A DNA stretch of 62,917 nucleotides, filler included, from Octopus bimaculoides (GCF_001194135.2; 6 parts of 6 records of this genome joined end to end with filler, not necessarily neighbours in it), one strand, 5' to 3'; counted from the first letter of the whole stretch, positions 12,536-25,253 are shown. Notes: generated by a model from the sequence alone, not told the origin. Made by a program: numbers and translations.

Positions 12536-12744
12536 TTGCGTGCATGTATGTATGTATGTATGTATGTATGAAAATGCTCTTCCAATTGTTAAATATCATA
12601 GCTGCTTGCCTGAAGATCTATTCTATTGAGAGTTGAAACAACAGGTTCATAGTAAGGCCGACAATCTACAGCATTAATTATTCTTGTAAATCATAATTCG
12701 AATTTTCAGTAAAGCTTAGCGTTTTGTTGTATACGTCAGAGATA

Positions 12745-12985
12745 AGGTCTACGTGCGGTTATTATAATCATGTGCTGGATACAGTATATCATGTGTGATG
12801 TTGTTCTGGTAATCATGCCACAGTTGCTGAGGACTGAATGGTAAGCAAACACTCAAAATATCAACAAAGAAGTTCCTTATCGTAGCTGGATAATGTGTGA
12901 CAGCAGATTCTTCCAAGTCGTTGTTCCTTTCTGTATCATCTTCCAAGAACCAACTTCTCTGGAAAGCCTCACGTTCTGCTGCATA
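12745..12985 (-). mobile_element. Helitron RepHel fragment (Rep-helicase linker region)
   Basis: REAFQRSWFLEDDTERNNDLEESAVTHYPATIRNFFVDILSVCLPFSPQQLWHDYQNNITHDIL matches the Helitron motif REA..GLLEDD.EW...LEEA....P.QLR.LF..IL..C.P..P..LW......EDI. Confidence 0.8.
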
Positions 12986-14159
12986 GATATTACTATACCA
13001 AGCTGCTATTTTGAATTCCTCATTAAAAAAATCATATCTTCAAAACGTTTACACCAGGTTTCAAATACCATGGAAGATAGTCAATCATCACCTCATTGTT
13101 TCTCATACAAATTTGTGTATATTGATACAAAAGCGTGTCTACTTAAAGTGCTTCTACCAATATCAAGTAACAATAACGAAAGACAATTATGTTTCGTACA
13201 AAATATAGAGACAGTATATATACTGGAACGATGTCGTTATTAAAATTCCTTATTTACAAAAAAAAAAAAAAGAATGATATCTTCGAAATGTTGGTAGCCA
13301 GTTCCAATAACAATGGAGATAGAAAATATATATTATTTTTATTGTTTAACGTTTAAATATGTTTATGCGTCTCAAAATATTCAGGTTTTATGCTCTGTGA
13401 ATGAGACTGTTCATTTTTATATTTTAAATATATAATATATTTTAATATATTTTATAACGTATTTGAAAGATAGAAACGTATCTTCTTTTTTTTTTAATCT
13501 TCTATGGCATTTGAAACCACATGCTAACTTCTCGAAGATATAACTTTCNNNNNNNNNNNNNNNNNNNNNNNNNNNNNNNNNNNNNNNNNNNNNNNNNNNN
13601 NNNNNNNNNNNNNNNNNNNNNNNNNNNNNNNNNNNNNNNNNNNNNNNNNNNNNNNNNNNNNNNNNNNNNNNNNNNNNNNNNNNNNNNNNNNNNNNNNNNN
13701 NNNNNNNNNNNNNNNNNNNNNNNNNNNNNNNNNNNNNNNNNNNNNNNNNNNNNNNNNNNNNNNNNNNNNNNNNNNNNNNNNNNNNNNNNNNNNNNNNNNN
13801 NNNNNNNNNNNNNNNNNNNNNNNNNNNNNNNNNNNNNNNNNNNNNNNNNNNNNNNNNNNNNNNNNNNNNNNNNNNNNNNNNNNNNNNNNNNNNNNNNNNN
13901 NNNNNNNNNNNNNNNNNNNNNNNNNNNNNNNNNNNNNNNNNNNNNNNNNNNNNNNNNNNNNNNNNNNNNNNNNNNNNNNNNNNNNNNNNNNNNNNNNNNN
14001 NNNNNNNNNNNNNNNNNNNNNNNNNNNNNNNNNNNNNNNNNNNNTGTGTGTGTGTGTGTGTGTGTGTAGTGGTGGTAGCCTGTCATTGTGTGAGAAAGAC
14101 GGTTCTGCAAATTCTTGCTGAGTAATCTGCACAAACGCTTTGTTTATAGGAATCAGATG

Positions 14160-14372
14160 TTTGTACTGTACATCAGCTCACTCCCTCCCTCCATCAAATC
14201 GACGTTGCGGGAACAGATACACAGTGTACCACACGTCAGGTGTTGTGGTGATCGCAAGAGTGACGTGAGATGAAGTGTTTTGCACAAGACCGCGACACAT
14301 CACTCGGTCGAGGAATTGAAAACGAGCCCGTGATCATGAAAACAACAACCTGACCATCTGGCCATATATATG
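14160..14372 (-). mobile_element. Degraded tRNA-derived SINE (family C-like)
   Basis: gtgagatgaagtgttttgcacaagac...ggtcgaggaattgaa...ctgaccatctggccat resembles the copies at 42440 and 45830-45960. Confidence 0.5.
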
Positions 14373-14749
14373 GTGTTGTTTTAACGGTCGGTAGCGCGTG
14401 ATCTCATTCTCCTAAAATTCTGTATAAATACTTAAATACATTTCCTGCTGTATATATGCTTTTATACAACCATGATTTTTGATGAACTTAAAATAATTAT
14501 ATATTTATTTTACTACCTATTTTGAACACTTTCATGTAAACTGTTTAAGCAAAAAGCCCCTCTTAACATGTTCTTACCATTGTCAAAGACTGTATAACTG
14601 TAGTTTTATACAATTATGATAACCATTTTTTAACACAACAAAACTTATACAAAGCTGTACATTTTACTTTTCAAGTCAATAAACATCTTTAATAAACATC
14701 TTTAAAAGACCTCTGCATTTTCAAACCCTCTTTCTTATATTTCAAAATG

Positions 14750-14935
14750 TAACATGTGAATCGTTGGCGATTTTTTTTTCCTCTGTCTTCCTTTTCTATT
14801 TCATTTTCCTCCGTCTCCTGTTTCCGAAGAAGAGCTTTGCTCGAAACGTAAAACCATCTTTCTTTCCTTCCTTGAGCGTTTTCTAATACTTTACATGTAC
14901 CACGTCCTCGCGTTGTTGTTTTTTGTGTTTGCTCT
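14750..14935 (+). mobile_element. Probable Penelope-like element pseudo-LTR remnant carrying the hammerhead motif
   Basis: Pyrimidine-rich context around the hammerhead. The association of minimal hammerheads with Penelope-like pLTRs is established knowledge. Boundaries are approximate and no RT or GIY-YIG sequence was recognised nearby. Confidence 0.45.
14820..14854 (+). ncRNA. Minimal type I hammerhead ribozyme motif (Penelope-associated, dimer-type)
   Basis: GTTT (stem I) - CCGAAGA A (core, U4C variant) - GAGC ttt GCTC (stem II) - GAAA - C GT (loopless palindromic ACGT stem III) - A (cleavage after GUA, position 14850) - AAAC (stem I'). Every pairing is visible in the sequence. Confidence 0.7.
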
Positions 14936-14977
14936 TCATTTTACGGGGGGATTTATATATATATATATATATATACA

Positions 14978-15077
14978 NNNNNNNNNNNNNNNNNNNNNNN
15001 NNNNNNNNNNNNNNNNNNNNNTTAATTAATTAANNNNNNNNNNNNNNNNNNNNNNNNNNNNNNNNNNNNNNNNNNNN
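14978..15077. other. Artificial scaffold-join spacer N44-TTAATTAATTAA-N44
   Basis: Exactly 44 N + 12 bp with stops in all six frames + 44 N. The identical block recurs five times in the window. Confidence 0.95.
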
Positions 15078-15151
15078 CTTAGTGGGTTGTACCCCCAACC
15101 CCTAACTCTCTCACGTTATATATATATATATATACATATATATAAACATAT

Positions 15152-15182
<31 letters not shown>

Positions 15183-15184
15183 TA

Positions 15185-15584
15185 GGCGCAGGAGTGGCTG
15201 TCTGGTAAGAAGGTTCCATCCCAACCATATACTTCTGGATTCAGTTCCACTGCGTGGCACCTTGGGTGACTGTCTTCTACTATAGGCTCGGACAGACCAA
15301 AGTCTTGTGAGTGGATTTGGTAGGCGGAAACTGAAAGAAGCCCGTCGTATATATGTGTGTGTGTGTGTTTGTGTGTCTGTGTTTGTCCCTACCAAAATCA
15401 CTTGACAATCGATGTTGGTGCGTTTACGTCCCCGTGATGTAGTGGTTCAGCGAGAGAGACCGATAGAATAAGTACTAGGCTTACAATGAATAAGTTCTGC
15501 AGTCGATTTCTTCGACAGAAAGGTGGTGCTCCAGCATGGCCGCAGTCAAATGACTGAAACTAGTAAAGGAATAAAAGAATAAAG
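15185..15584 (+). mobile_element. Full-length tRNA-derived SINE family A (ggcgcaggagtggctgtgtggtaag head, internal TA/TG microsatellite)
   Basis: tRNA-like head with A/B boxes, body gaccaaag(c)cttgtgagtggatttggtag, internal (TA/TG)n, and tail gcggtgctccagcatggccgcagtcaaatgactgaaac. It matches the reverse copies at 34061 and 61556. Confidence 0.92.
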
Positions 15585-16275
15585 ATATATACATACATAA
15601 ATATATACATACATATATATATATGTGTGTGTGTGTGTGTGTAGCTCTGTATGTAAGCATATCATATATACATATTTACATGCACACACACAAATATATA
15701 TATATATATATATATATAGCAGAAGAAACAGAGTGGCTGAAGGTAGTAAAGTTTCGTGCGTTAGTACCTACCGAAATAGTCACATACGGTATATCAATGT
15801 TCCAACGCACTGAACTCTCGTACGTGGATTGACTTGTTACTTCTGCTAAATATTAACAAAAATATACATACACAAGTCCTATTTTTCCTGTTTACATCAC
15901 CATAACCATATATACATATGCATATGTATGTGTATATATATATGTATATATATATGTGTGTGTATGTATGTATATCTATATATGTATACGTATATGCATA
16001 CGCTCATACATAAACTGAACTGTGAGAAGACGCCATTATATTTATTTTACGGCATCGATGTCCTCGTAAAATACGTTTCAAATGCTTTTCAACCGAGTTG
16101 AATGTCATTGATTTTCACATGTATTGCCATGAAACTGACGTTTATTTCAAATACCTTTATATAACTGTAAAGGTTTGTACCTGTATGCATGTATGTTGGT
16201 GCTTGTTTAAATGTAACCATAGGTGTACGCGTGTGTTTAAGTGACTACTTGCGTGTACGCTTGATTGTATGTATG

Positions 16276-16308
<33 letters not shown>

Positions 16309-16341
16309 GAGTAAATACATACATATGCATTTATATATAAG

Positions 16342-16379
<38 letters not shown>

Positions 16380-16402
16380 CATATAAATATGTACACATAT
16401 AC

Positions 16403-16458
16403 AGACAGACAGGCAGATACACAGACAGACAGATGGACAGACAGACAGACAGACAGAC

Positions 16459-16518
<60 letters not shown>
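16403..16518. repeat. Compound (AGAC)n/(AGAT)n microsatellite
   Basis: Seen directly. Confidence 0.9.
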
Positions 16519-17020
16519 GTGTGTGTGTGTATTTAAACATAATGTCTATATGTGTGTGTGATTTCTTTAACTTTCGCATACAGACCTAAAAACGTAATGC
16601 AAACAAACATGATTGTACACGCAAGAGATAAATGTTTCTGAGGTGTTGTGAGGTAGACGAGAGGAGCAGAGACAGCAACATGCTTTAGAAATAATGAAAC
16701 AGCAAAGGCAAACAGAATGCTAATAACCAAGATAGATAGGCGTTTACATTTGCTAATCACAAATATCAATACGGTTTGATTGTGAGGTTTATTATTTATC
16801 GAATGTTGATATATATTAGGGACATAAAACAAATATACAATTACATCAGTATGTAATTGTATGAATAAATACACAAATTTATAAATATATGTGTGTATAT
16901 CTGTACATGTGTATATCTGTACATGTGTATATCTGTACATGTGTATATATGTATCTATATATTTGTGTTTATGTATATGTATATGTATATATACATAAAT
17001 GATTAGATATATGCGATTAC

Positions 17021-17054
<34 letters not shown>

Positions 17055-17664
17055 TTATATATNNNNNNNNNNNNNNNNNNNNNNNNNNNNNNNNNNNNNN
17101 NNNNNNNNNNNNNNNNNNNNNNNNNNNNNNNNNNNNNNNNNNNNNNNNNNNNNNNNNNNNNNNNNNNNNNNNNNNNNNNNNNNNNNNNNNNNNNNNNNNN
17201 NNNNNNNNNNNNNNNNNNNNNNNNNNNNNNNNNNNNTATATATATAAATATACATATATATATGTCCAAATATATAAATGCATACATACATGCATACATA
17301 CATATGTATATTTTGATATATAGATGCATACACACATATAGATAGATACATAGATATATGATATTCTCTTTCGACAGACGTAGACGCATTGTGATGCAAA
17401 ACTGTGAAATTTTTCTGCAAGGTATCACAAAAAATTTCGTTCCAGCTGATCTTTTTTACGTACGTAAATCAGGATTCGTTTTACAGTAAACACTTGCTTG
17501 GGGTTTGTTTTTGAAAGCACCAGCTGAGACGATTCGGCGTGCTTACAAATATAGACGTATACAGATATAAACATGACGATGCATATGTAAATCTACCAGT
17601 CTGTCTACCTCTCAGTCTACCTATCTATGTATCAATCTATTCGTATATATATATATATATATAT

Positions 17665-17715
<51 letters not shown>

Positions 17716-19215
17716 TACACCTGTGTGCGTTTGTATGTGTGTAATATTTCTGTAACTAAGTATAAGTTTATGGCTGGTNNNNNNNNNNNNNNNNNNNNNN
17801 NNNNNNNNNNNNNNNNNNNNNNNNNNNNNNNNNNNNNNNNNNNNNNNNNNNNNNNNNNNNNNNNNNNNNNNNNNNNNNNNNNNNNNNNNNNNNNNNNNNN
17901 NNNNNNNNNNNNNNNNNNNNNNNNNNNNNNNNNNNNNNNNNNNNNNNNNNNNNNNNNNNNNNNNNNNNNNNNNNNNNNNNNNNNNNNNNNNNNNNNNNNN
18001 NNNNNNNNNNNNNNNNNNNNNNNNNNNNNNNNNNNNNNNNNNNNNNNNNNNNNNNNNNNNNNNNNNNNNNNNNNNNNNNNNNNNNNNNNNNNNNNNNNNN
18101 NNNNNNNNNNNNNNNNNNNNNNNNNNNNNNNNNNNNNNNNNNNNNNNNNNNNNNNNNNNNNNNNNNNNNNNNNNNNNNNNNNNNNNNNNNNNNNNNNNNN
18201 NNNNNNNNNNNNNNNNNNNNNNNNNNNNNNNNNNNNNNNNNNNNNNNNNNNNNNNNNNNNNNNNNNNNNNNNNNNNNNNNNNNNNNNNNNNNNNNNNNNN
18301 NNNNNNNNNNNNNNNNNNNNNNNNNNNNNNNNNNNNNNNNNNNNNNNNNNNNNNNNNNNNNNNNNNNNNNNNNNNNNNNNNNNNNNNNNNNNNNNNNNNN
18401 NNNNNNNNNNNNNNNNNNNNNNNNNNNNNNNNNNNNNNNNNNNNNNNNNNNNNNNNNNNNNNNNNNNNNNNNNNNNNNNNNNNNNNNNNNNNNNNNNNNN
18501 NNNNNNNNNNNNNNNNNNNNNNNNNNNNNNNNNNNNNNNNNNNNNNNNNNNNNNNNNNNNNNNNNNNNNNNNNNNNNNNNNNNNNNNNNNNNNNNNNNNN
18601 NNNNNNNNNNNNNNNNNNNGCTCGTACATTTACCTCTCTATAAAGAGGCGCAGCGTAAAACGAAATGTTCTTTTTTTTTTAAGAACACAATGCACCGCTG
18701 GTCTGGAAATCGAAACCAAGATCTTTTGTGAGTGAGTGCCTTCACTCACACACACACACGCACACACACACACACACACACACATGAACTGACACACGCA
18801 CGCACATTTTACTGGCCATAACGTATCTTCATAACAGCATACATACAGACGGGCTTCCACACAGTTTCCCCCCATCAAATTGCCTGGCAATATATTAGTC
18901 GGCAGCGAAATTTTTTCGCACGAGAGTTCTGGACCTCCGTAATGAACTCATTTGCATACAGCCTATCAGAGCAGAGCTATCTTTATCCTTTCTTCCGTAC
19001 ATTACTTACTCTTTCCCTCTCTACTGGCAGACAGCAACTTCTCAGTCCTCTAACTATCTGTCGGGCAAACGAATATACGTAAATAATATGTCTTCTTTGT
19101 TGGTGTTTATCGTTCGATGTTCACTGGTTACTCCGATGTTGGCACAATAATACACTTGCCCATACTGAATTACTGGAGTTATTTCATTTTTTCCAGAAAA
19201 AATGTGGGGGTTTTT

Positions 19216-19302
19216 TCCACTCACAAGGCTTTGGTCGGCCCGGAGCTATAGCAGAAGACACTTTCTCAAGGTGCGACGCAGTGGGACGGAACCCGGAACC
19301 AC
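19216..19302 (-). mobile_element. SINE family A 5' fragment
   Basis: tccactcacaaggctttggtcggcccggagctatagcagaagacac...gcagtgggacggaacccggaaccac is the reverse complement of the family A head/body. Confidence 0.85.
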
Positions 19303-19357
19303 GCCTATATATATACACACAAATACACACCTATATATGTACACACAAATACACGCT

Positions 19358-19419
<62 letters not shown>

Positions 19420-20793
19420 CACACACACAAACACACACACACAAACGCAGATAGTAAAATTTGTCACTCAGCACTGTTACAGGTTGAAATCTGAAGCAAA
19501 TTTAAGGCGAAACAAAAGTGACTTTTTTTAGATCAGTATTTAAATATATAAATTCTTTCTTAATCGATGTATGCATACGTGACTTTGAATCTATCTGTGT
19601 GTGTAGGCGTGTGTAGAAGTGTGTGCGCGTGTGTGTGCATGCGTACAAGCTTCCAGGAGATGTGTGTAAATTAAGTTAAGAAAATTGTCTTTGCCAAAAT
19701 GCCGAACTTTTAGGCAATACCTTTGCCAAAGTGATCTCCTGTTTTCATTTGCTGCCAAAGTTGGTCGCTGATAATTAAATGTAAACTACTAGATAGATCA
19801 ATGTTTCACCAATACCAATATATCTTCATCAAATTTTACCAAATCCACCGGATAATTTATCTTCAGGTATTGAATCCATATCTTCTTTTCCTAATTTTTT
19901 TCGTTTTCTCTTAAGGAATTGGTTTACGAGAGTTTTCGAACGCTTACTTATCGATCAATGAACTACCACTCATTAATCATTTCAATATTTATTTAACTTA
20001 GGCAGATACCTTTGTCCAGTACCTTTCTTTAATATTTAAAAAATGGTGCAGTGAGGATAAGATTTAAAGTATTGGTGTAGTTCTTAGAATTTTTGCCACG
20101 GTGAAAATCCATTATAACAGACATCTTTGTCAAGATTCAAATATGAGACATTTTCAAATGAATTTGTTTTGTTTTATCGTCTTTACTCGATAAAGAAGTA
20201 TCTAGAGCAGTCAACAACCACACCTCCGACAGCAACAACGACAACAATAGCATCTTAAGGCAGTTTGATTTGTGATAAGGTCCAACCCAATCTCATTGGA
20301 ACCACGCCAAATCGTTTTAGAGAAAGCGGAATATATCGGTTAAGGCAATCCACGAAAAAGTTTCTGGAAAGAAAAAAAAAGGTGATTGACACGGCTTGAA
20401 TGCATTTAATCACAGTTGAACTTGATCAACATCGACCTGGGGTTAAACAACAGCGGCAACAAACCTTACATCAGGATTCCCGAAATTCTAAAGTACACGC
20501 CAAATATCTGTAATTGTCTACATATGAATGCGCGGGTGTTTGTATGCGAATCGACAGACTGCGCTGACGATCCTGCAGATATTTACTTATGTAAATTTTA
20601 ACAGGTGAAACCATGGTACGTAGGTTAATCGTTTTTTTTTATTTAGTATTTTTTTCATTTGTCTTGCCCTTTTACAATCTGTTGTGTCGCTGAATTTTTA
20701 CTGAGAACATATATTTTTTTTTCGGGGTTAGATGATTCGGCATCTATTTCTAGCATATAAGAGTCCACTTTTGCTGGTCATTCCTCTTATTTT

Positions 20794-20828
<35 letters not shown>

Positions 20829-20934
20829 NNNNNNNNNNNNNNNNNNNNNNNNNNNNNNNNNNNNNNNNNNNNNNNNNNNNNNNNNNNNNNNNNNNNNNNN
20901 NNNNNNNNNNNNNNNNNNNNNNNNNNNNNNNNNN

Positions 20935-20977
<43 letters not shown>

Positions 20978-21393
20978 CTACAAATAACGTGTGATTATAC
21001 ATATATATATATATGTATGTATGTATGTATATTCATATATAAAGGTGGGGGAGGTGACAGCATATGTTTGCGCCAATAATTAACCTATAGTATACGCATA
21101 TGTGTATATGCTTATGTGCGCCTGTGGATGTTTGTGTGAGTGTGCAGACGGGGCAGGGGTGTTTACAGACTATATAGATATCGCTAATCAGGCAGGTGTC
21201 CGAGTAAATTTCTGATTTAGGATGTGACGATACCCGTGTGTGTTAGTGTGAGTGTGTATGTGTGTGTGTGCAGCGGTGTGTGTACCTACCTGCTGGAATT
21301 AACATAATACTATACGTATAAAGGGAGGCATACAAAAAATTACTCATTGCATACACACACACATCCATGCACATACACACGCACACACATGCA

Positions 21394-21451
<58 letters not shown>

Positions 21452-22426
21452 TATGTATAAGTATATATGTATATGTACTTCTATAGCTCTTTGTGTGTAT
21501 GTAATTATGTATATGTGTACATATACACCACACACTGGCGAGTTACTGGCTACATTAAAACTTATTGAAATACAGAAAATACGAAACAAAAATTTAAAAG
21601 AAAATGAAAATAACAAAGAGCCAAAACAACGAAAATAAACATCTGCCAAGAATTGTACAAAACTGTCCTACCGACGAGGGAATGGGTGTATACACTCATT
21701 CCTCAATATATACTCTGAAGTTATCACTTATGAATGGACATAGTGGGAAAAGGTCTGCTAACATCGACTAACATATTATATAGACATACATACATACACA
21801 CATACATACATACACACACACACACACAGACACGTACATGCACACACAGACACACACACACACACACACACACAGACACACNNNNNNNNNNNNNNNNNNN
21901 NNNNNNNNNNNNNNNNNNNNNNNNNNNNNNNNNNNNNNNNNNNNNNNNNNNNNNNNNNNNNNNNNNNNNNNNNNNNNNNNNNNNNNNNNNNNNNNNNNNN
22001 NNNNNNNNNNNNNNNNNNNNNNNNNNNNNNNNNNNNNNNNNNNNNNNNNNNNNNNNNNNNNNNNNNNNNNNNNNNNNNNNNNNNNNNNNNNNNNNNNNNN
22101 NNNNNNNNNNNNNNNNNNNNNNNNNNNNNNNNNNNNNNNNNNNNNNNNNNNNNNNNNNNNNNNNNNNNNNNNNNNNNNNNNNNNNNNNNNNNNNNNNNNN
22201 NNNNNNNNNNNNNNNNNNNNNNNNNNNNNNNNNNNNNNNNNNNNNNNNNNNNNNNNNNNNNNNNNNNNNNNNNNNNNNNNNNNNNNNNNNNNNNNNNNNN
22301 NNNNNNNNNNNNNNNNNNNNNNNNNNNNNNNNNNNNNNNNNNNNNNNNNNNNNNNNNNNNNNNNNNNNNTATATATATATATATATGTATGTATGTATAC
22401 ATACATATATAGAGACATGTGTCTCT

Positions 22427-22470
<44 letters not shown>

Positions 22471-22824
22471 ACGAAGCAGAGAGATTAGGCTAGTTTGAGG
22501 TGAGTCTGTGAATATGTAGGCATTGACATATAGATACATAGAGAGAATTATGCCGGTTGATGGATTTAATTTGGCGCGTGTGTGTGTGTGTATATGTGTG
22601 TGTGCGCGCGCATATATATATATATATATATATCCATANNNNNNNNNNTCCATATATCTATGAAAGAATACACACACATATACATATGCAAATATAAGTG
22701 CGTGCGTCTAGAAATATATGTGTATGTACATAGAAACTTTTATAGAGATGTTGCGGGACTCTGTGTATGTTTTTGTGTTGTGGATGTCATTAAGCATGAA
22801 CACAAAGATTCACACCCACAAACA

Positions 22825-22857
<33 letters not shown>

Positions 22858-23520
22858 NNNNNNNNNNNNNNNNNNNNNNNNNNNNNNNNNNNNNNNNNNN
22901 NNNNNNNNNNNNNNNNNNNNNNNNNNNNNNNNNNNNNNNNNNNNNNNNNNNNNNNNNNNNNNNNNNNNNNNNNNNNNNNNNNNNNNNNNNNNNNNNNNNN
23001 NNNNNNNNNNNNNNNNNNNNNNNNNNNNNNNNNNNNNNNNNNNNNNNNNNNNNNNNNNNNNNNNNNNNNNNNNNNNNNNNNNNNNNNNNNNNNNNNNNNN
23101 NNNNNNNNNNNNNNNNNNNNNNNNNNNNNNNNNNNNNNNNNNNNNNNNNNNNNNNNNNNNNNNNNNNNNNNNNNNNNNNNNNNNNNNNNNNNNNNNNNNN
23201 NNNNNNNNNNNNNNNNNNNNNNNNNNNNNNNNNNNNNNNNNNNNNNNNNNNNNNNNNNNNNNNNNNNNNNNNNNNNNNNNNNNNNNNNNNNNNNNNNNNN
23301 NNNNNNNNNNNNNNNNNNNNNNNNNNNNNNNNNNNNNNNNNNNNNNNNNNNNNNNNNNNNNNNNNNNNNNNNNNNNNNNNNNNNNNNNNNNNNNNNNNNN
23401 NNNNNNNNNNNNNNNNNNNNNNNNNNNNNNNNNNNNNNNNNNNNNNNNNNNNNNNNNNNNNNNNNNNNNNNNNNNNNNNNNNNNNNNNNNNNNNNNNNNN
23501 NNNNNNNNNNNNNNNNNNNN

Positions 23521-23552
<32 letters not shown>

Positions 23553-24759
23553 GTGTTTTGGGGCGTGGAATAATTAGTAGTTTGTTTTGTCTTCATTGAA
23601 CGTTGCTTTAGTGAGGTGCTGATGTTTCTGGAGAGAGGATACTACGTCTGTGTTGGTTTTATCGTGTATGTGGACATTTATTAAAAGAAGTCACTGCGCA
23701 TACGTGTCAGTGGGTATGCGTTATAACGTAATATATATTTGAACCTAGAATATATGCCCTGACTGGATGGATGTATTTGTGATGCCTCTGTATCTATGTT
23801 GGAGGCGGAGTATACCTATGATAACGCTTAATGGGATGCAATCATGTCAAAACAGAACACCAAAACACAAGACGTATTATGACATAAATTTTGATATATG
23901 CATTTTTAGGCTTCGAGGTGGTCGTATTTTGCCAATTAAACACACGCACTGTATATTTGTCCTTCCCTTCAGCTTTATTATCATTATTTCAGTTTATTTG
24001 TCGAAGCTCTTTCGTCACTCATCCTGTGACTCCATCAGCGATTCTGCCTCACGTGTCTCGTCTCGTTCTACTAATTCCATTTTTATCTTTCTGTGATTTT
24101 CTCCGGACACAAGCTTTTGCTTGCAGCACACAGGCTGGGTAAATTATTACTCTATTGCCTTCATCAATGAAGGAGACTCAAGTTCAATTTACTACTTTTA
24201 TGTACATAACGGCTGAAGACATGCACATACCTATCTTAAATTGTACCACATGAATATTCTTTCCAGAGTCTTTTTGTTGCAAATATCATTTTGGCTCATG
24301 ACATACTTATAATGTTTTAAATATGAATTTATTTCATGTTTATTGAACTCTCTGCAAATACACTTTATACATAAGTACACTTTTTCGTCTGTTCTAATTG
24401 CACGATATGGTAAGCTGCCAGAATCTTTACTGCGCTTCACTGAATGCCTAACGGAATTTCTTACGGAACTTTAGGAATTGAATTCAAATTCTGCAGTGGT
24501 CGACGTTGTCGTTCATTCCCTAAAGGTTTATAAAATAGAGTACCAAGTGAACACTGGAGTCGCTGTATTCAACGAACCTTTCCCCTTAAAATTGCAGGGC
24601 TTGTAACACAATTTGAAGCCATTATTATTGCACATTGAAACCATATTTGCCGGCATATAAATCGATGTAATATACAGTTTTAAAAATATTCAAACGTCAT
24701 CGCTTTTACGCAACTAGGCCATATGTTCTTTTTTATCATTATCGATTAAAGCAATGCAT

Positions 24760-25005
24760 AAATTTGTCATTCTCTTTCTGCAGTTCCCCTAAGATGGTCG
24801 GTAAGATCATCTATTGGTCTCTGGTTCCTGTGCCGTCTTCTTTTTCCTGTACCCTCTGTAGCTTCACGAATGGATGTTGGTATATCTCTTCTGTAATTAT
24901 TCTCGGTAGAAATTTCCACACAAATAATAAACGCTTAATTAGACGGTTGATGCAGACGGGGTTCCCTTTCAATTTATCCTTCAGTATCAAGCAGAGACTT
25001 CTTTA
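24760..25005 (-). mobile_element. Degraded LINE reverse-transcriptase fragment (RTE/L2-like)
   Basis: KGNPVCINRLIKRLLFVWKFLPRIITEEIYQH...GTGTRDQ*MILPTILGELQKENDK resembles RT domains 0-2 (KGD..C.NYRPI.LL...KI..RII...GFR.G.GTRDQI). Similarity was judged by eye. Confidence 0.5.
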
Positions 25006-25047
25006 AATCAACCACACCCTTCTACTTTTGACAAACACTCCTATAAT

Positions 25048-25204
<157 letters not shown>

Positions 25205-25253
25205 TCTCCTTGTTGGTGAAGGTAGTGGACCCAATATTACGTATTGGAGTGAA

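Noticed and set aside
15022-15033. TTAATTAATTAA as a homeodomain or piggyBac site
   Set aside because: It is flanked by exactly 44 Ns on each side at five places, so it is an assembly linker.
16893-16946. 16-bp tandem unit tgtatatctgtacatg x3
   Set aside because: An ordinary minisatellite derived from TA/TG slippage, with no spacers, so not CRISPR-like.
18948-18960. Octamer motif ATTTGCAT
   Set aside because: A single 8-mer is expected by chance in 60 kb of AT-rich DNA, with no snRNA or promoter context.
19690-20160. Repeated ctttgccaaa motifs and a coding-like minus strand
   Set aside because: Suggests a decayed transposon, but no motif could be assigned with confidence.
22470-22506. Strong plus-strand donor GAG|gtgagt
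   Set aside because: No acceptable upstream acceptor, and the 20-nt candidate has stops in all three frames.
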